Shown in pieces: positions 29,207 through 38,543 of a stretch of 56,491 bases of DNA. The translations under genes were made by a program, and so were the position numbers. Origin of the DNA: a virus (Duplodnaviria; Caudoviricetes); IMG/VR virus record IMGVR_UViG_3300048834_000448, positions 1 to 56,491 of that record; one strand, written 5' to 3'. The stretch's first letter is position 1. Each line of letters opens with the position of its first letter. Under the pieces are notes generated by a model. The model saw only the letters and a program-made list of their open reading frames with translations, was not told where the DNA came from and searched no databases.

Positions 29207-32171
29207 TGAAAATCTTTCCGAAAAACCCTAGCGAAGTGCCAGGAGAAAAGAAACGAGAATTGGGGTTGAACACGCCAGGGATGGGGTCTTCCTCCACCGG
29301 CTGGAACGCGCCTGCCGCGAGCGGGGCGGCACGATTCATCGCCGTGCCGTTGATGTCGAAGCGGAAGTTGGTGGGGCGAGTCGTGACGGTGAGGGCGTTG
29401 CCGCCTTCGGCTGGCGTGAAGTCCAGACCCGCATAATCGGTCAGGCCCCAGTCCTCGGGATCATTGCTGGTGAGGACGATCGAGCCGTCCGATTCCACGA
29501 CGCTTCCGTATGCGCCGTCGTCGTCAGTGACATTGCCGCCAAGCACGACTTCCGGGGCAAGCGTCAACTTGGACCGCAACTCCCCGATGGTGTTGAGCAG
29601 AGAGTTCTGGACAAGTATCTTCCTGCCGCCCTCGTTTTCAGCCGCCCCTTCGTCTCGGATAAAAATGCACGATGCCTCGTCAACACAGAACACGATCTGG
29701 CAGTTGGTAGTCTCGGCCTCGATCTGGTAGCCGGGCTGGTTGCCGATGTCGTTGCGGTAGTTGAACGCGCAGCCGAGGCCGACCACGGTGTTGTTGTGCA
29801 GCAGCGTGTTGTACGCGGTGCCGTTGTCCGCGTTGTTCTCGATGCGGTTATAACAGGCAACACCGCGACGGCTTACATTAGCCGCGTCGAGCGAGTACCA
29901 GTGGAAGCAGTCAAAGTGCGGGTCTACGGGCCACGCGGCGTCCACACCATCCGCGTTGTCGTGGATGTAGTTGCGACCAGCGAGCAGGCCGCGATAGCCC
30001 GCCTGCATGAATGTGCCGGAGTCGGTGAGTTCGTTGTTCCAACAGATCGCATCGAGGACGCCACGATCCTCGACGCCATCGTTGAAGTAGTTCCATGCGA
30101 AGCCGCGATAGGTGCCGGTGATGACGCACCCTATGGCATACACATAGTCGCCGTCGGTGCCGTCGGTCTGCTGCGTGTTGCCCGCCGCCATGTCCTTGCG
30201 TCCGTTCAGCGGCGACAGGACCGTGCACACCCGTTCCTCGTCCTCACCGGGAGACCCGCCACCATCGTTCCACTGGTAGATGGTGTTCGTCTGGTCTCGC
30301 GTAATGCGGTAATACTCGAAGTTGCCACGACGAGCGACATTGGCGCCAAGGCCAGCGTTGCTGTAGGTGACATCGGTTTCGTCGAGACCGTCGGCGGGCC
30401 GGAGCATGATAAGATGCTCGTGCGCCGTTCCGGTGCCGCCCGGTCGGAAGTTCATCTCCGTGTACGGATATGTTCCCGCCGCGTGGATCAGTTCAACCGG
30501 CTTGGTGGTCGCGCGAACGGCTGTGACAAGAGCGGCGGCAGCGGTCGTTGCGTAGGGATTGCCGCTTGAGCCGTCGCCGGTAGTGTCGTTTCCCGTGGGC
30601 GACAGGTGAATCTGGAGCGGATCGGCGTGCTTGAGGATCGTGAGCGTCGGGAACGCGGTGCCGTCCGCATCTGCGGTGATCCAGTTGTCGTCGTAGTCCT
30701 GAACCTCCCAAGTCCAGTCGATCTCCGTTCCGTCAGACTCGGACGACAGCCCGCCCAGTTCGCCGCCCCAGAACTCGCCGTATCCGTCATCGCCGAGGTA
30801 TGCAAAGGGCTGCACCCACGCCGACGCTGACATTGTGTGAGTGTTCGCCGTGGAGACAGATCCGCCGTGTGGCGTGAACGCAACGCTCTTGGGGGTGGAT
30901 GTGCCGCCCTCGAAGAACTTGAAGCGGATGGCCTTGATGCCGTGCCACTCGTCCATAGCGAACACATTGACCGGGGTGGTGTCCACCTTCACGGGCCGCT
31001 TGTGCAGCGTGGCCGAGACCACGATCGGGGCGGGGGCAAAGCGGGTGAGTTCGTTGCCAGCGGTGAGCGCGCTGCTGTTGGTGATGTTTGCTGTGGCGTT
31101 GGTCGTACCCTCTGAGTAGAAGGCGTCGGGCGTGCTGTCGTCCTGCCACAGCCGCTCGGCGATCGTGTAGGTCAGCGTCTCGTCTGCGAAGATGCGACCG
31201 CCCAGCGAGTAGGTGCCGAGCACATTGCCCGTGCCGCCGTCCACCGCGAGCGAGTCGGGGCCGTCGGGGTCAAGGTGAAGACGGTCGTAGCCGCTCGTGC
31301 TGCCGTTGAGTTTGATGAGGGCCCGAGCGGTCCAGTCGGTGTTCGCGGTGAGCGTGCCGATGCTCTCGCCGTCGTCGCCCCACTCGACCTCAACCGTCTC
31401 GCCGGTCGAGGGGATCGTGAAGTCGTCCACGCCCTTGCGAAGGTCGGCGTCGAGACCGGGGGAAGAGTCCACCCAGAACATGCCAGTGCCGGTGCCTCCG
31501 GGAGACACATGGAAGTTGCTGGCGGTCTCGTCAAGAAGTCCGGCGTCGCCGCCCGTAGGCACTCCCGAGATCTGGTCAAGGCGAACATTCCACACGAGGT
31601 TTGTGGGCAACGCTCGGAGGGCGGACTGCTTGTTGGCAAGCATGGCCTGCAAGTTCGCGGCAGACGGGGCCACATCCCAGAACGCGAAGTCCTGCATGTA
31701 GAAATCGCCGACAGCGGAGACGACACTTGTGTTGCCCAGTCTCCATGTGGTGTTGTCGGCACGGCCTGTAGCGGCGAGGTCGTGCGTCGCCGAGGCGGGA
31801 GTGGACGCCCCGCCTGACTCGCTCCACAAGTATGCCTCTTGGTCTGTATGATTGACGCGCAACGCAACGCCAAACCACTCGTCATCCGGCACGGCAAAAC
31901 TAGACCCTACGGAGACATAAGCATCGGCGTTGGTGGGGTCTACCATGTACCACTGGAAGGTGCCGTCAGTGTTGCGGACCAATTTGACCCGCTCATCACC
32001 GCCCGCGCTGATGATGTCCACCTGAGCAGAGGGGTCTACATCCGCTGCACTGTTGATGTAGAACCACGCCGCCACAGCGAAGCCGTCTGCTTGTGCGATG
32101 GACGAGGCGGCGGTGTTCGCATCCGTGACATAGTTCTGATTGCCCGACGCGATCGGGAAGTGGATCGACAT
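29199..32171 (-). CDS. 990-aa LamG/ConA-like plus beta-helix protein (putative depolymerase/adhesin)
   Basis: FAVAAWFY...EWFGVAL...DFAFWD LamG-like; IHLSPTGNDTTGDGSSGNPYAT beta-helix cap motif; Asn-rich repeats; SD AGGAGG. Confidence 0.65.
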   Translation of the reverse strand: MSIHFPIASGNQNYVTDANTAASSIAQADGFAVAAWFYINSAADVDPSAQVDIISAGGDERVKLVRNTDGTFQWYMVDPTNADAYVSVGSSFAVPDDEWFGVALRVNHTDQEAYLWSESGGASTPASATHDLAATGRADNTTWRLGNTSVVSAVGDFYMQDFAFWDVAPSAANLQAMLANKQSALRALPTNLVWNVRLDQISGVPTGGDAGLLDETASNFHVSPGGTGTGMFWVDSSPGLDADLRKGVDDFTIPSTGETVEVEWGDDGESIGTLTANTDWTARALIKLNGSTSGYDRLHLDPDGPDSLAVDGGTGNVLGTYSLGGRIFADETLTYTIAERLWQDDSTPDAFYSEGTTNATANITNSSALTAGNELTRFAPAPIVVSATLHKRPVKVDTTPVNVFAMDEWHGIKAIRFKFFEGGTSTPKSVAFTPHGGSVSTANTHTMSASAWVQPFAYLGDDGYGEFWGGELGGLSSESDGTEIDWTWEVQDYDDNWITADADGTAFPTLTILKHADPLQIHLSPTGNDTTGDGSSGNPYATTAAAALVTAVRATTKPVELIHAAGTYPYTEMNFRPGGTGTAHEHLIMLRPADGLDETDVTYSNAGLGANVARRGNFEYYRITRDQTNTIYQWNDGGGSPGEDEERVCTVLSPLNGRKDMAAGNTQQTDGTDGDYVYAIGCVITGTYRGFAWNYFNDGVEDRGVLDAICWNNELTDSGTFMQAGYRGLLAGRNYIHDNADGVDAAWPVDPHFDCFHWYSLDAANVSRRGVACYNRIENNADNGTAYNTLLHNNTVVGLGCAFNYRNDIGNQPGYQIEAETTNCQIVFCVDEASCIFIRDEGAAENEGGRKILVQNSLLNTIGELRSKLTLAPEVVLGGNVTDDDGAYGSVVESDGSIVLTSNDPEDWGLTDYAGLDFTPAEGGNALTVTTRPTNFRFDINGTAMNRAAPLAAGAFQPVEEDPIPGVFNPNSRFFSPGTSLGFFGKIFNG

Positions 32172-32205
32172 TTACGCCTCCTGTCAGGTTTCGTGTCAGA
32201 AAAAC

Positions 32206-32577
32206 TCAGGCAGAGAGGGGAGGGGTTCTCGTCGCCGAGCCCTCACGCGAGATGTGGACGGAGACGATCGTGCCGGAGGCGATGTTGCCCTTGAAGCGAA
32301 GATCAATCTCTTTCAGACCCTTGGTATTCAGGATGAAGGCGATCGAGGTCGAGCCGAAGGTATGGACCTTCTCATCAAGGACGAAGGCACCGTCCGCGTC
32401 GGGGCTCACCATGTCGTAGGCGTCGTCTTCTTGGTAGACGCGGGGGAGCAGCGTCAGGGAAGTCAGGCTCCCTTGGGTAGTCTTCACCAACACGACGATC
32501 TGATCGTTGTTGCCTACATTGATCCTGCCGGTGCTGACAGTATCGTTATAAGCATCGGTGATTGACTGAGTAGACAT
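32206..32577 (-). CDS. Hypothetical protein
   Basis: ORF with beta-rich pattern; start could be 32604. Confidence 0.55.
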   Translation of the reverse strand: MSTQSITDAYNDTVSTGRINVGNNDQIVVLVKTTQGSLTSLTLLPRVYQEDDAYDMVSPDADGAFVLDEKVHTFGSTSIAFILNTKGLKEIDLRFKGNIASGTIVSVHISREGSATRTPPLSA

Positions 32578-32650
32578 CACCTGTTCAGGAGAGTTTGCGC
32601 CCATAAGACCGTCCTCACAAGGGAGTTATTTGACCTTGGTAGGATAGGCC

Positions 32651-32689
32651 AAAGAAAAACGCCCGTCAACCGGAGGTCAACGGGCGTCT
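32651..32689 (-). terminator. Intrinsic terminator (minus strand)
   Basis: Minus strand reads GACGCCCGTTGACC-TCC-GGTTGACGGGCGTTTTTCTTT. Confidence 0.7.
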
Positions 32690-32779
32690 AGGAGGTCGGT
32701 GGGCAGGTCTCTCAGGAATTCTGTGGGCCGCAAGGCGACCCGATTGAGAGTTCGGAGGCTGTCCGCACCGCCTCTGCGG

Positions 32780-33310
32780 TCATGCTGAGGGCGTTCGCGC
32801 CGCCTCGGAGGTCAGGGCGAGCGTGTTGTTCTGAGCCGTGGCGAAGGTTTCGAGGGTCTCCGAGCGGCCCTGGTTATAGGCGACCTCCTCACGCTTCTGG
32901 CCTCTCAGGAAGCCGAAGATGAGGGCACCGACGCCGCCGAGCCCCGCTGTCCCGAGCCACGGGAGCAGGATGCCCTCGACTTGCGTGCCGATCCCCTCAC
33001 CGAGATTGTTCCACTGCTGGGCGACAGGGGCCGACCGTTCGAGGTTCTTGGTCCACTGGCTGTCGGTGGCCTTGACCTGAGCGACCCACTCCTCGTAAGC
33101 CCTCACGGACTTGTTGTGTGAGGTCGTGGCGGGCAGGCCGAGGTCCACCTGCGCCTGACGGGGGATGTCCGAGCGGGCGATGTCGCCGCCGTTGAAGAAC
33201 ATGCAGCCCGCGAGGCTGGCGATCACGACGATGAGAGAGGCGTACATGCCGATCGAGGCCCATGTTCTGGGCTGGGTGGCTGGCGCATCAGGGATAGGTG
33301 TCTGGTCCAT
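32780..33310 (-). CDS. Lipoprotein with a C-terminal hydrophobic helix (spanin candidate)
   Basis: LIVVIASLAGC lipobox; LLPWLGTAGLGGVGALIFGFL second hydrophobic segment. Confidence 0.55.
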   Translation of the reverse strand: MDQTPIPDAPATQPRTWASIGMYASLIVVIASLAGCMFFNGGDIARSDIPRQAQVDLGLPATTSHNKSVRAYEEWVAQVKATDSQWTKNLERSAPVAQQWNNLGEGIGTQVEGILLPWLGTAGLGGVGALIFGFLRGQKREEVAYNQGRSETLETFATAQNNTLALTSEAARTPSA

Positions 33311-33317
33311 AGGGATC

Positions 33318-34505
33318 TCACTGTTCTGAGACGATCTCGCGCCGCCCGACGCTGGGCGAGTCGCCGTCTCCATCCTCAAGCATAGCCAGGTTCTGCTCGC
33401 GTTCAAGTCGCCGCTTCTCTGCGCCCTCGGAGATGATGGAAATGATGTCTTTGACCACATCATTCGTCTTGATTTTGTTGATTCCGAGTGCCACAGAGAG
33501 TGCCTTGAGCCCCTTGACCTCGTTGGAGAGGTCTAGAGACTCTCTGCACCGGCCAATGAAGTCCTCGTACCGCAAAACCATGATGGCCCGGTGCTCTTCT
33601 TCGTCGCCTTCGAGCATCTCGCGGCACTTTGCCTTCACCATCTTGAAGAGATTCTCGGTTTCGTAAGGCAAAAGGCCGAATCTGTCCATGAGAGACTGTC
33701 TTGCCTCTCTCAGGGTGCCTGAGACGATCAATTTCTCTGCTTCTTCGACCAAAGCCTGCTCGAAATAGACAATCTGCGACCTCGCGGGCCATGCTTCGCG
33801 CATCGAGTTGATGTCGAGGAGGGGGTAGAGGCCCAATCGAGGGTCGAATTCCTCCGCGATCTTGCCTTTGCCCATGCCCATCGCCACCGCGAGGGAGTTC
33901 ACGACGACGCTCCACAGGCGCAGGAGGCGGTCGAGGGAGGGGTCGTAGTTGTCGTTGAGGGTCCGTTCGCCCTCAGGGGAGACCTTCCAGTACGCGCACG
34001 GCGGCTCGGGCGGCACGAGGGCCAGTCCTTGGATCTCTCTCAGGTAGTCCTCGAACCACTGGCCGTAGTTCGGCCCGAGGTCGTCGGCCATCTCCATCGC
34101 TTTCAGGGCCTCGGGGCTCGCGTGGCTGCGGCTCAGCGCGCCCTGCGACATCCTGAAGGGTTCGGGGGTGTACCAGCCGTCGAATTGTCGGTCTGACCGG
34201 ACCTCGAAGAGTTGCTCGTCGGCGGCGATCAGGTCTCTGAGGATGGCGATTTCTCGGGTGAGTCGCCATGCGTAGAGGGTTCTCGCGAGCACCGTGTCCT
34301 CCGGCGGCGTCATCGCTCGTTCGATGGCGTCGCTGAAGATCGAGAGCACATGAGCCGAGTGCCTGGCCTGGTTCCAGTCCTCTCGGGTGACATCTCGCGG
34401 GTCTTGGCCCACGCGATCGAGCATCATCCTCATCTCTGAGAAGGATAGATCCTCGGCGGCGGGGCGAGCGAACGGCGATCGCAGGATGGCTTTCTCGTCA
34501 GACAT
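33318..34505 (-). CDS. Hypothetical 395-aa protein, first gene of the leftward operon (terminase small subunit candidate)
   Basis: Coding bias starts at MSDEKAIL; helical C-terminus; no other TerS candidate seen. Confidence 0.55.
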   Translation of the reverse strand: MSDEKAILRSPFARPAAEDLSFSEMRMMLDRVGQDPRDVTREDWNQARHSAHVLSIFSDAIERAMTPPEDTVLARTLYAWRLTREIAILRDLIAADEQLFEVRSDRQFDGWYTPEPFRMSQGALSRSHASPEALKAMEMADDLGPNYGQWFEDYLREIQGLALVPPEPPCAYWKVSPEGERTLNDNYDPSLDRLLRLWSVVVNSLAVAMGMGKGKIAEEFDPRLGLYPLLDINSMREAWPARSQIVYFEQALVEEAEKLIVSGTLREARQSLMDRFGLLPYETENLFKMVKAKCREMLEGDEEEHRAIMVLRYEDFIGRCRESLDLSNEVKGLKALSVALGINKIKTNDVVKDIISIISEGAEKRRLEREQNLAMLEDGDGDSPSVGRREIVSEQ

Positions 34506-34512
34506 CAAGGGC

Positions 34513-34541
34513 AGAATAGCAGGGACGCCTCCGCTAGTAAA
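34513..34541 (-). promoter_or_regulatory. Sigma70-like promoter, probably giving a leaderless transcript
   Basis: Minus strand TTTACT-N17-TATTCT with TG extension; ATG 34505 begins 7 nt after the -10 box. Confidence 0.45.
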
Positions 34542-35590
34542 GCCACGCCTATGGCGTCGATCGCTAGTAAAGCCGAGACAACTAAGTGAGGTCGTTAGTA
34601 AAGTCTGCATATTCCGCAGGAATTGCATAACAAAGACAACGCTATTTCTCGGTTTTCTTCGGAAGACAGGTCTATTTCTCGGCAAACAGCGAAACTATAG
34701 GTATCACTGCACTCCCGTGAAATTTTTAGGTCTGGGATTTTTTGGGGTCTTTGATATGAAGTAGGGCACTCTTATACTCGAAAAAGGCTCCACGTAGCGG
34801 CCTTGCTAGTAAGTACTAACTAACATCTAAGTTAGTTAGTACTAACTAACATCGCTCCCCCCACGAATAGGGTGTCCTTGCCAGTGTTAGGTAGACCCTA
34901 ACAGATGCGACAGGACAACCCCTAGTTTCACTGTAGCGACCCGGTGCGCAGAATAACCCCTAGTTTCGCCGTTATGCAAGGCTAGTGTATACTAACATCG
35001 GTTTATCGCGTGAACGGACAATCAACCTATGGTAAAGTGCATTATACAGTATAAATTTATGCAATTGCATATGAATATACAATATGCTAGATATAGCACA
35101 TTGCCGATACCCTAGGTTGAATGCTCCTCCCCTACGCGATACCTATAGGCGCGCACAGACACGCACAGACCGCCCGTGCGCCAGTATTCCCGGCCATTCG
35201 GCCATGCTACTAGGCGTTTCCCTTACCCAAGTGCGGCCATATCCCATGGGATACCATCCAGCGCACAGCGCACAGATCTGTATATTGTTGCTATCACTAG
35301 AATACCACAATAGGGGGTATATGCCATATACCATACGCCCTATGGTAACAATAGTCGAGAAGTGTGCGCTGTGCGCCGGCACTTATCCTTATGCCTCACA
35401 AGCACTTAGAGGCGCACAGGCCCAAATAGCGCGCTGTGCGCGCCCCCCAGTATTCCCGCCCGCCAGGGGGCCATAAAGGGTAGTTTCATCGTAGAGTGGC
35501 GTTCTGGAGCGCACATGGCCGATACGCTATGCCTGTGCGCGCTGTGCGCCGGTCGAGGTGAGGAATTCTCGATTATCTTGAAGTCTTCCC
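34530..35590. other. AT-rich non-coding control region (origin/packaging/genome-end candidate)
   Basis: Strand switch, loss of codon bias, repeats GCTAGTAA, CTATTTCTCGG, AACCCCTAGTTTC, ACTAACATC and GCGCACAG. Confidence 0.65.
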
Positions 35591-35619
35591 TTGCATCGAA
35601 CCGAAAGATACTGTACTTT
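35591..35619 (+). promoter_or_regulatory. Sigma70-like early promoter
   Basis: TTGCAT-N17-TACTTT upstream of the first repeated leader. Confidence 0.6.
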
Positions 35620-35663
35620 GATCCTGAATCCCTCCTCACTCCCTGATAAGGAAGAAGAAAGCA

Positions 35664-35870
35664 ATGAAGCAATGCACAGCCTGTAGCGGGCCGCTAACCC
35701 TCTCCCCTTCCGCAAAGGATCGCGCCGCCAAGTATGGCGGGAAGCCCTCAGACTACTCCCGATTGTTCTACGGGCGCACTGGGGGCATGTGCTCCCCATG
35801 CTTCCTAGCGAAGCGGGAAGCCGATACACTCGCCCTTGTGCGCCGCCTGAGCCCGACTGAGCCCGCCTGA
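35664..35870 (+). CDS. Small Zn-finger-like early protein
   Basis: CTAC...CSPC; repeat-A leader; stop codon within the repeat. Confidence 0.65.
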   Translation: MKQCTACSGPLTLSPSAKDRAAKYGGKPSDYSRLFYGRTGGMCSPCFLAKREADTLALVRRLSPTEPA

Positions 35871-35970
35871 GCCCGCCTGAGCCCTACGCGCCTGAGCCCG
35901 CCTGAGCCTAGCGGCACAGGTACGGGTATTCACGAATCCTCCTCACTCCCTTGATAAGGAAGAGCAAGCA

Positions 35971-36210
35971 ATGGAAAGCAACAGGAGCACGGTACGGGAA
36001 GCAATAGCCTCTGGCAGGGCTTCCGCGCGGATGGTAGCGGGCAATACCTACGCGAGGGTCTATCGGGAGATGCAACGGCGCAATCCAGGCGGATGGGAAT
36101 TCGGCGCGGATCGTACTACCCTCGCCATAAGCCTTCCCGGTTGGCTGCGCGCACTGGACCGCGCTTCCTATATAGACGCCCGTAGTAAGGCGGAAGCCCT
36201 ACCCGCCTGA
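35971..36210 (+). CDS. Small early hypothetical protein
   Basis: Repeat-A leader; stop codon within the repeat. Confidence 0.65.
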   Translation: MESNRSTVREAIASGRASARMVAGNTYARVYREMQRRNPGGWEFGADRTTLAISLPGWLRALDRASYIDARSKAEALPA

Positions 36211-36303
36211 GCCTACCAGCCTGAGCCTACCCGCCTGGAGCCTAGCGGCACAGGTCCGGGTATTCACGAATCCTCCTCACTCCCTGATAAGGAAGAGCAA
36301 GCA

Positions 36304-36567
36304 ATGGAAAGCAATACCCTCCAATACGCTCAGGTCGATAAGGTCCGGGTACACGGAAGCCCTCGCCCTAGACTGGACGCATATGGCTATACCGTGCGCG
36401 CGGGCTCTCCCACTACCCTACAAGTGCGCTTGCAAGGGGAGGCCCGATGGAGGCGCGTCTATTGCTTGCAATTCTCCAATGCGGGCTCTTTCTTCCTTCA
36501 CCATAAGGGCGGTAGGTTATTCGTCCGGGATAGCGATATCCCGCCGTACAGCGAATTGCTCGCCTGA
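36304..36567 (+). CDS. Small early phage protein (GY...PT...RWRRVY...SNAG pattern)
   Basis: Repeat-A leader; motif pattern recalled from uncharacterised phage proteins. Confidence 0.7.
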   Translation: MESNTLQYAQVDKVRVHGSPRPRLDAYGYTVRAGSPTTLQVRLQGEARWRRVYCLQFSNAGSFFLHHKGGRLFVRDSDIPPYSELLA

Positions 36568-36798
36568 GCCTACCCGCCTGAGCCTACCCGCCTGAGCCTA
36601 CCCGCCTGAGCCCGCCTGAGCCCGCCTGAGCCCGCCTGAGCCCGCCTGAGCCTAGCGGCACAGGTCCGGGTATTCCCGCCTTCCTTATCTTCCCGCCTGA
36701 GCCTAGCGGCAAAGGGCGGGGATTCTCTCCCCGGACTGTCTGAGCCTAGCGTATAGGCCCGGACTGTCTGAGGACTGGACTCGGAAGGATACCAGACA

Positions 36799-37263
36799 AT
36801 GGCCGATAATGAGACTATGCCCGCTTTCATTGCCCGCAACCTGAGCAACCGGAAGCATATCCGGCCCGCCCTTGTAGCGTTCCGGGACGCTATCAAGGCG
36901 GTAGAGGGGAAGACCGCCGGGCAGATATCCGATGCCGCTATGGCGGACCTGAAGCGGACCGCCGCCGCGCTTGAATCGGCGCAAGAAGCGGTAGGTTGCG
37001 GGTCCGCCGTCTACCTTCCCCGATATCAGACAATGGAGCACGGCGGAAAGAAGCCCCGGTATACGGCAGACTACGCCGATGATATGGTCGCTCAGATAGA
37101 AGGGGAAATTCACAATCTGGACACGCTGGACGGCTACGAATGGGAAGCACTAGACGCGGCGCAAGCGGCATACTTCGCCCTATTAGATACCCTGCCCGCG
37201 TCTATTAGGATGGCCTACACTCATCGGAACGGCCACATATCCTCGCGACCGCTTGCCATCTGA
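36799..37263 (+). CDS. Early hypothetical protein
   Basis: Repeat-B leader with AAGGA. Confidence 0.7.
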   Translation: MADNETMPAFIARNLSNRKHIRPALVAFRDAIKAVEGKTAGQISDAAMADLKRTAAALESAQEAVGCGSAVYLPRYQTMEHGGKKPRYTADYADDMVAQIEGEIHNLDTLDGYEWEALDAAQAAYFALLDTLPASIRMAYTHRNGHISSRPLAI

Positions 37264-37286
37264 GCCCGCCCGGACTCGCTCAGCGT

Positions 37287-37315
37287 TTGACAGTCTAAAC
37301 CGGACTGCCTACGCT
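37287..37315 (+). promoter_or_regulatory. Sigma70 promoter
   Basis: TTGACA-N17-TACGCT. Confidence 0.75.
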
Positions 37316-37390
37316 TTCAGAATCTCCCGGACTGTCTGAGCCTAGCGTATGGGCTGGACTGTCTGAGGACTGGAATCAGAAGGATACCGT

Positions 37391-37846
37391 ATGTCTAAAC
37401 TCTCTGATAGCATCCGATACGATAGCCTTGTGGGCGGATACCTCGCCTGCGCCGTCTTCTGTGGGATTGATGAAGAGCACCCGTTATTTATTCACGGCGG
37501 GCGCGATGAAGACTTTCACAACCCGGGACTATTCCTAGACTCTTCCATACGGCGGGCTCAGGCGGACTGTGCCGAATTCATGACGCGAGCCCGCCCGATA
37601 CTGGAACGCTACGCCGAATTACATGAGGACTGCGCCGAAGAAATCGAGGCGATTTCTGAGCAGGATTTCGGGATGAATTTCTGGTATGACCGGAACGGGC
37701 ACGGGACTGGTTTCTGGGACCGCGCCCGGGAATGGGGGGTGCCTGAGGGAATGCTAGAAGAATTGTCACAGGCCGCTAAGGCTTTCGGGGAATGCTACGC
37801 CGAATTCACAACCCCGGACCGCCGCGCGCGTTTGTGCCTCGCCTGA
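37391..37846 (+). CDS. Conserved phage early protein (FW..RNGHG.GFWDR pattern), function unknown
   Basis: NFWYDRNGHGTGFWDR motif; repeat-B leader. Confidence 0.75.
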   Translation: MSKLSDSIRYDSLVGGYLACAVFCGIDEEHPLFIHGGRDEDFHNPGLFLDSSIRRAQADCAEFMTRARPILERYAELHEDCAEEIEAISEQDFGMNFWYDRNGHGTGFWDRAREWGVPEGMLEELSQAAKAFGECYAEFTTPDRRARLCLA

Positions 37847-37869
37847 GCCCGCCCGGACTCGCTCAGCGT

Positions 37870-37898
37870 TTGACAGTCTAAACCGGACTGTCTACGCT
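37870..37898 (+). promoter_or_regulatory. Sigma70 promoter
   Basis: TTGACA-N17-TACGCT, second copy. Confidence 0.75.
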
Positions 37899-37976
37899 TT
37901 CTGGAATCTCTCGGACTGTCTGAGCGAGCGTATCGCCCTGGACTGTCTGAAGTCTGGACTTGGAAGGATTAGGACA

Positions 37977-38543
37977 ATGGCTAAGAAGATTGAACCCCTC
38001 GCCAATCCCTACCGTTCGCGCACGCTCGCCAAGGCGAAGCGAAACATGGAAGACCCCCGACTTGCCTATGACTACAACCGGGTGAGGTCTTTCGTCCCCA
38101 GGCAACATAACGCCCGCAACCTCTCCCCCGATAAAGAGACGGTGCAGCAGTGGGGGTATATTTGTCGGGCGAAAGACTACGACGGGAAGACGATCCAACA
38201 GGAGGCGATCAATCTTCGATGGTATATGGGCCGCAGCAAGGCCGCCAGCGTCGTGTATTGCTCCGTCTGGGTCAATCCGCCCAGGGGGACTCGATTCGGC
38301 TACGCGGGCTCTGACAGCGAGCCCAATCCCCTTATGTGGGATCGGCACCCTAGCGGGTACGGGAACGCGGGCGGCGGGGGCTATGACAAATTCAGCGCGG
38401 CCGCTTGTGGGGCGATCCGCTCGGCGGGATTCAACCTTGAAGGCCACTTTGCCGGGTATGGCGAGGCCGCGATCAAAGCGGCGGTTATGGCCGTCGCCGA
38501 CTACATGGGCCTTCCGCTCGATGGTTTGATTGTCCAGCACTGA
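37977..38543 (+). CDS. Conserved phage early protein (G.AGG.GYDK.SAA pattern), function unknown
   Basis: GYGNAGGGGYDKFSAA motif; repeat-B leader. Confidence 0.75.
   Translation: MAKKIEPLANPYRSRTLAKAKRNMEDPRLAYDYNRVRSFVPRQHNARNLSPDKETVQQWGYICRAKDYDGKTIQQEAINLRWYMGRSKAASVVYCSVWVNPPRGTRFGYAGSDSEPNPLMWDRHPSGYGNAGGGGYDKFSAAACGAIRSAGFNLEGHFAGYGEAAIKAAVMAVADYMGLPLDGLIVQH

Larger units (their letters stand above)
35626..36710 (+). repeat. Repeat family A: tandem GCCTGAGCC(C/TACCC) units plus a conserved leader GCCTAGCGGCACAGGT.CGGGTATTCACGAATCCTCCTCACTCCCTGATAAGGAAGAGCAAGCAATG
   Basis: Leader at ~35626 (partial), ~35906 and ~36240, with a degenerate copy at ~36650; tandem tracts at 35843-35908, 36202-36243 and 36561-36652. 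Confidence 0.92.

Noticed and set aside
18731-32171. Diversity-generating retroelement acting on tail genes
   Set aside because: No reverse transcriptase and no TR/VR pair noticed
34506-35560. ORFs in the control region and the 455-aa N-terminal extension of the 33318 ORF
   Set aside because: No codon bias; they run through repeats; a promoter-like element points to ATG 34505
35843-36710. CRISPR array
   Set aside because: Units are abutting 10-14-bp tandem repeats or leaders separated by whole genes; no uniform spacers and no cas genes
36768-36800. CTGAGGA in repeat B and CTGATAAG in repeat A as further hammerhead cores
   Set aside because: No stem II-GAAA-stem III arrangement
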